32,000 nt of DNA from Mammaliicoccus sp. Dog046. Lineage in GTDB: Bacteria > Bacillota > Bacilli > Staphylococcales > Staphylococcaceae. The DNA is taken from contig NZ_CP120131.1 of assembly GCF_034039665.1 (NCBI RefSeq), positions 1,008,446 to 1,040,445 on the forward strand. The letters run 5' to 3'. How positions within the stretch are numbered: the first letter of the stretch is position 1; the number at the start of each line of letters is the position of its first letter. Of the stretch, positions 28,298-32,000 are shown piece after piece. A program made the position numbers and the translations under genes. The notes under the pieces were generated by a model. That model saw nothing but the letters and a program-made list of their open reading frames with translations, made no database searches and was not told where the DNA came from.

Positions 28298-30736
28298 TTA
28301 GCCAGGTGGTGCTGTACTTGTACCACTGGATGGCTTACTTTTCGAATCGTTGCTACTTGATTTATAAGACCAAGCTTCTTTAGAATTTTTAGCAACTTTT
28401 TCTTTTGGTTTTACTTTTGATGATGTATTAGGATCGATACCTTGACCAAGTCGTTTTAGTACATAGTCTGATTTAATATCTTTTTGAGAAGTATCTAATT
28501 TATCAGATATTAATGTAGAAGATGCTTTAGATTCATCTTTACTACAACCATTTGTTGAGTTTGTATATTGACAAACTGTATCTTCAGATACTGTACTTGG
28601 TTTCGTAAAGTCACTATCGTAGCCTAATTTTTCTCTATCTGTCGTAGAAAGGGCATTAACCATATCTCTCCACATATACAATTGATAGTGATTTTCTTCA
28701 TCAAATGAAATTGGTTGATCATAACCCATCCAAATACCAAGTGTTACTTTAGGTGTATATCCAACAAATAAACTGTCTTTCGCATCTTGAGATGTACCTG
28801 TTTTACCAGCCCAGTTACCGTCAAATGAATTCTTGATTTGGTAACCTGAACCATCATCGAGGACACCTTTTAAGATACTTGTTGTTAAATATGTTGTAGA
28901 TTCGCTAAATATACGTTTTGGATCTTTCTTATGTTGATAAATAACTTTACCATCACGTGATTTAATGGAGTTAATCATGTAACTGTCATTATATTCACCT
29001 TTATTAGCGAGTGTACTATAACCATTAACATCTTGTTCTAATGTAAAGTCTGCTGTACCCAATGTAAGTGCTAATCCATCTTGAATATCTTTAGGTACAT
29101 TCATACCCATCTTATTTAAGTTCTCCCATGGCTTATAATCTTGAACATTACTGTATAGGCGTAGGGTACTTAAGTTCAATGAATTTCTTAATGCATAGTC
29201 AGCAGTTACTGGACCAAATTCTCTTCTGTCATAGTTGTCAGGTGAATACCCAAGATAATCAAACTTCTTATCAAGTAATGCTGTGTTTGGTGTGATTAAA
29301 CCATGTTCAAATGCTGGCGCATAAGTTAACAATGGTTTCATTGTTGAACCTGGTGAACGTTTAGCTGCTGTTGCATGGTTGATTTGAGATTTTTCATAAT
29401 CTCTACCACCTACAAAGGCTAGTATTTTACCTGATTCATTTTCTTTTAATAGTGCACCAACTTCATGTTGGAAGTCTTTCGTATCTTGTTTACCTTCACT
29501 ATTGGTATAGGAAGCTTCTCTATCCGTAGAATAGTGACTTGAATTATTTTTGACATCTTGCAACTTATCGTACATATCTTTATCGATTGTTGTATCAACT
29601 CGATAACCTTCATTACGCATTGCTTTGCTAGCCTTTTCGGTATATTTAGTCATTAGCACAGGCGTTTGATCTAATTCGTTCTTAGATATATTATCCTCTT
29701 TCGCTAAATGATACTTAAGTATATCGATCGTACGTTTTTCTACTTCTTCGGTTAAGTAAGGATATTTTTGATTTGGCTCTTCAATTTTTTCAACAAATGA
29801 TTTCTTTAAATCAAATTTTAATGCATCTTTGTATGTCTTTTTATCAATTTTTTCTTCTTGATACATACGTTTTAATACATAATGTTGTCTATTGAAGCCA
29901 TATTGTAATGAATCATCATCCTTTAGATCACCGTTAGGAAGGAAAGGCGTATATGTGTAAGGGTTTTGTGGTAATCCTGCAAGATATGCTGATTGTGCAA
30001 CATTTAAATCTTTAGCTGATTTACCAAATACACCTTGAGCAGCTGATTCGATACCTGCAATGTTTGAACCATTTGAATTACGGCCAAATGAAACGACATT
30101 GAGATAGCTTGTAATGATTTCATCTTTAGATAAATTTTTCTCAACTCTCATTGAAAGCAGCATTTCTTTTGCTTTACGTTCGAATGAAGTTTCATTCGTA
30201 AGTAGTTGGTTTTTAACGAGTTGTTGCGTTAATGTACTCCCACCAGATGAATTTGGTGTTCCAAGCACTTCTTGTACGGAAGCTCGTATGAATGCTTTAG
30301 GTACAATTCCGTTATGTTTATAAAAATCTTCATCTTCTGTTGATATCAGTGCATTTTTAACATTATCACTCATATCGCTTCCTTTGATAACATCCCTTTG
30401 GACATCACTTTTTAATCGACCAAGTGACTCTCCAGAACCAAAATAAACAGATGTACTTTCGGTCATTGAATAAAGTTGTTGCTTAATTTCCTTTTTAGAC
30501 ATCACTTTTTCATCTTTGACAAGTCCTGCAAAGTATCCGCCACCAATACCCAAACCTAATGCGAGTAATAGGCAACTTATAAAAACAATAATAAAGAATA
30601 AATTGCTTATCACATTGTAAGTTGTATGGAATATTAATCTTGGAGACCATTTTGTTTCTTTAAAAGTATCTTTTACTTTCTTACTTGAACGATTAAATTG
30701 ATCTTTGAATTTATTTTTAGACTGATTTGAACTCAA
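28298..30736 (-). CDS. Bifunctional class A penicillin-binding protein (GT51 transglycosylase + transpeptidase)
   Basis: 812 aa; TM helix; ALISTEDEDFYKHNG, GGSTLTQQLVKNQLL; transpeptidase SPGSTMKPL (SxxK), SLN, GKTGTSQD (KTG). Confidence 0.93.
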   Translation of the reverse strand: MSSNQSKNKFKDQFNRSSKKVKDTFKETKWSPRLIFHTTYNVISNLFFIIVFISCLLLALGLGIGGGYFAGLVKDEKVMSKKEIKQQLYSMTESTSVYFGSGESLGRLKSDVQRDVIKGSDMSDNVKNALISTEDEDFYKHNGIVPKAFIRASVQEVLGTPNSSGGSTLTQQLVKNQLLTNETSFERKAKEMLLSMRVEKNLSKDEIITSYLNVVSFGRNSNGSNIAGIESAAQGVFGKSAKDLNVAQSAYLAGLPQNPYTYTPFLPNGDLKDDDSLQYGFNRQHYVLKRMYQEEKIDKKTYKDALKFDLKKSFVEKIEEPNQKYPYLTEEVEKRTIDILKYHLAKEDNISKNELDQTPVLMTKYTEKASKAMRNEGYRVDTTIDKDMYDKLQDVKNNSSHYSTDREASYTNSEGKQDTKDFQHEVGALLKENESGKILAFVGGRDYEKSQINHATAAKRSPGSTMKPLLTYAPAFEHGLITPNTALLDKKFDYLGYSPDNYDRREFGPVTADYALRNSLNLSTLRLYSNVQDYKPWENLNKMGMNVPKDIQDGLALTLGTADFTLEQDVNGYSTLANKGEYNDSYMINSIKSRDGKVIYQHKKDPKRIFSESTTYLTTSILKGVLDDGSGYQIKNSFDGNWAGKTGTSQDAKDSLFVGYTPKVTLGIWMGYDQPISFDEENHYQLYMWRDMVNALSTTDREKLGYDSDFTKPSTVSEDTVCQYTNSTNGCSKDESKASSTLISDKLDTSQKDIKSDYVLKRLGQGIDPNTSSKVKPKEKVAKNSKEAWSYKSSSNDSKSKPSSGTSTAPPG

Positions 30737-30785
30737 ATTTTTACCTCCAATCTAATCATAGCTATTATAACATAATTACATAGTG

Positions 30786-30814
30786 TTGACTTTTAAAAAA
30801 GTAAGCCTTATACT
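30786..30814 (+). promoter_or_regulatory. Putative sigma-A promoter for the tyrS leader
   Basis: TTGACT (30786-30791), 17-bp spacer, TATACT (30809-30814). Confidence 0.7.
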
Positions 30815-30816
30815 TT

Positions 30817-31046
30817 GTAAATAATTACATATGGTAAGAACTAGAGGAGAAGTAATGGTTATTTACTTTTTAAGAGAGTCAGTGGTGCTGCGAACTGATA
30901 AAGTGATAATGATGAATACACCTTGTATAGAAGTTCTGCGTTTTTAATGTACGTAACATTAATGAGCGATGATGTTTTTAACATCATAAGTATGGTGGTA
31001 CCGTGTATTCAAGCACCCTTACATTTTTATGTGAGGGTGCTTTTTT
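30817..31046 (+). promoter_or_regulatory. T-box leader (tRNA-Tyr-responsive) upstream of tyrS
   Basis: AGAGAGTC...GGTGCTGCGAAC stem I features, candidate specifier TAC at 30916-30918, T-box TGGTGGTACCGTG at 30993-31005, terminator AGCACCCTTACAT...ATGTGAGGGTGCT + T-run at 31012-31046. Confidence 0.9.
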
Positions 31047-31054
31047 ATATTTAA

Positions 31055-32000
<946 letters not shown>

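Overview
This window reads as an ordinary stretch of Staphylococcus core chromosome. It is A+T-rich, and the gene order matches the conserved ytmP-trmB-ytnP-patB-like / ytpPQR-ftsK(ytpT)-murC-ytxGH-aroA-ccpA-acuCBA-acsA-fhs-tyrS neighbourhood. The CcpA and Dat proteins look related to, but diverged from, the S. aureus versions as I remember them, so this is probably a non-aureus species; that needs a database check. About 24 CDSs are supportable, including a 3' fragment of a probable pepV and a 5' fragment of tyrS that the ORF track does not list. I found no CRISPR array, transposase, phage, toxin-antitoxin pair or recognisable defence cassette, and I cannot support a new biological system. 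The best non-coding signals are: (1) an exact-period 41-bp tandem array with alternating complementary 9-mers at 3702-3929, next to a NERD-domain gene; (2) a second, unrelated, exact-period 41-bp array at 28009-28213 between fhs and a class A PBP; (3) a long compound palindrome at 2656-2721; (4) a recurring terminator stem core (GGGACAT...ATGTC-like) after several genes; (5) a Tyr T-box leader before tyrS; (6) one-mismatch cre sites before ccpA, acsA and possibly fhs.
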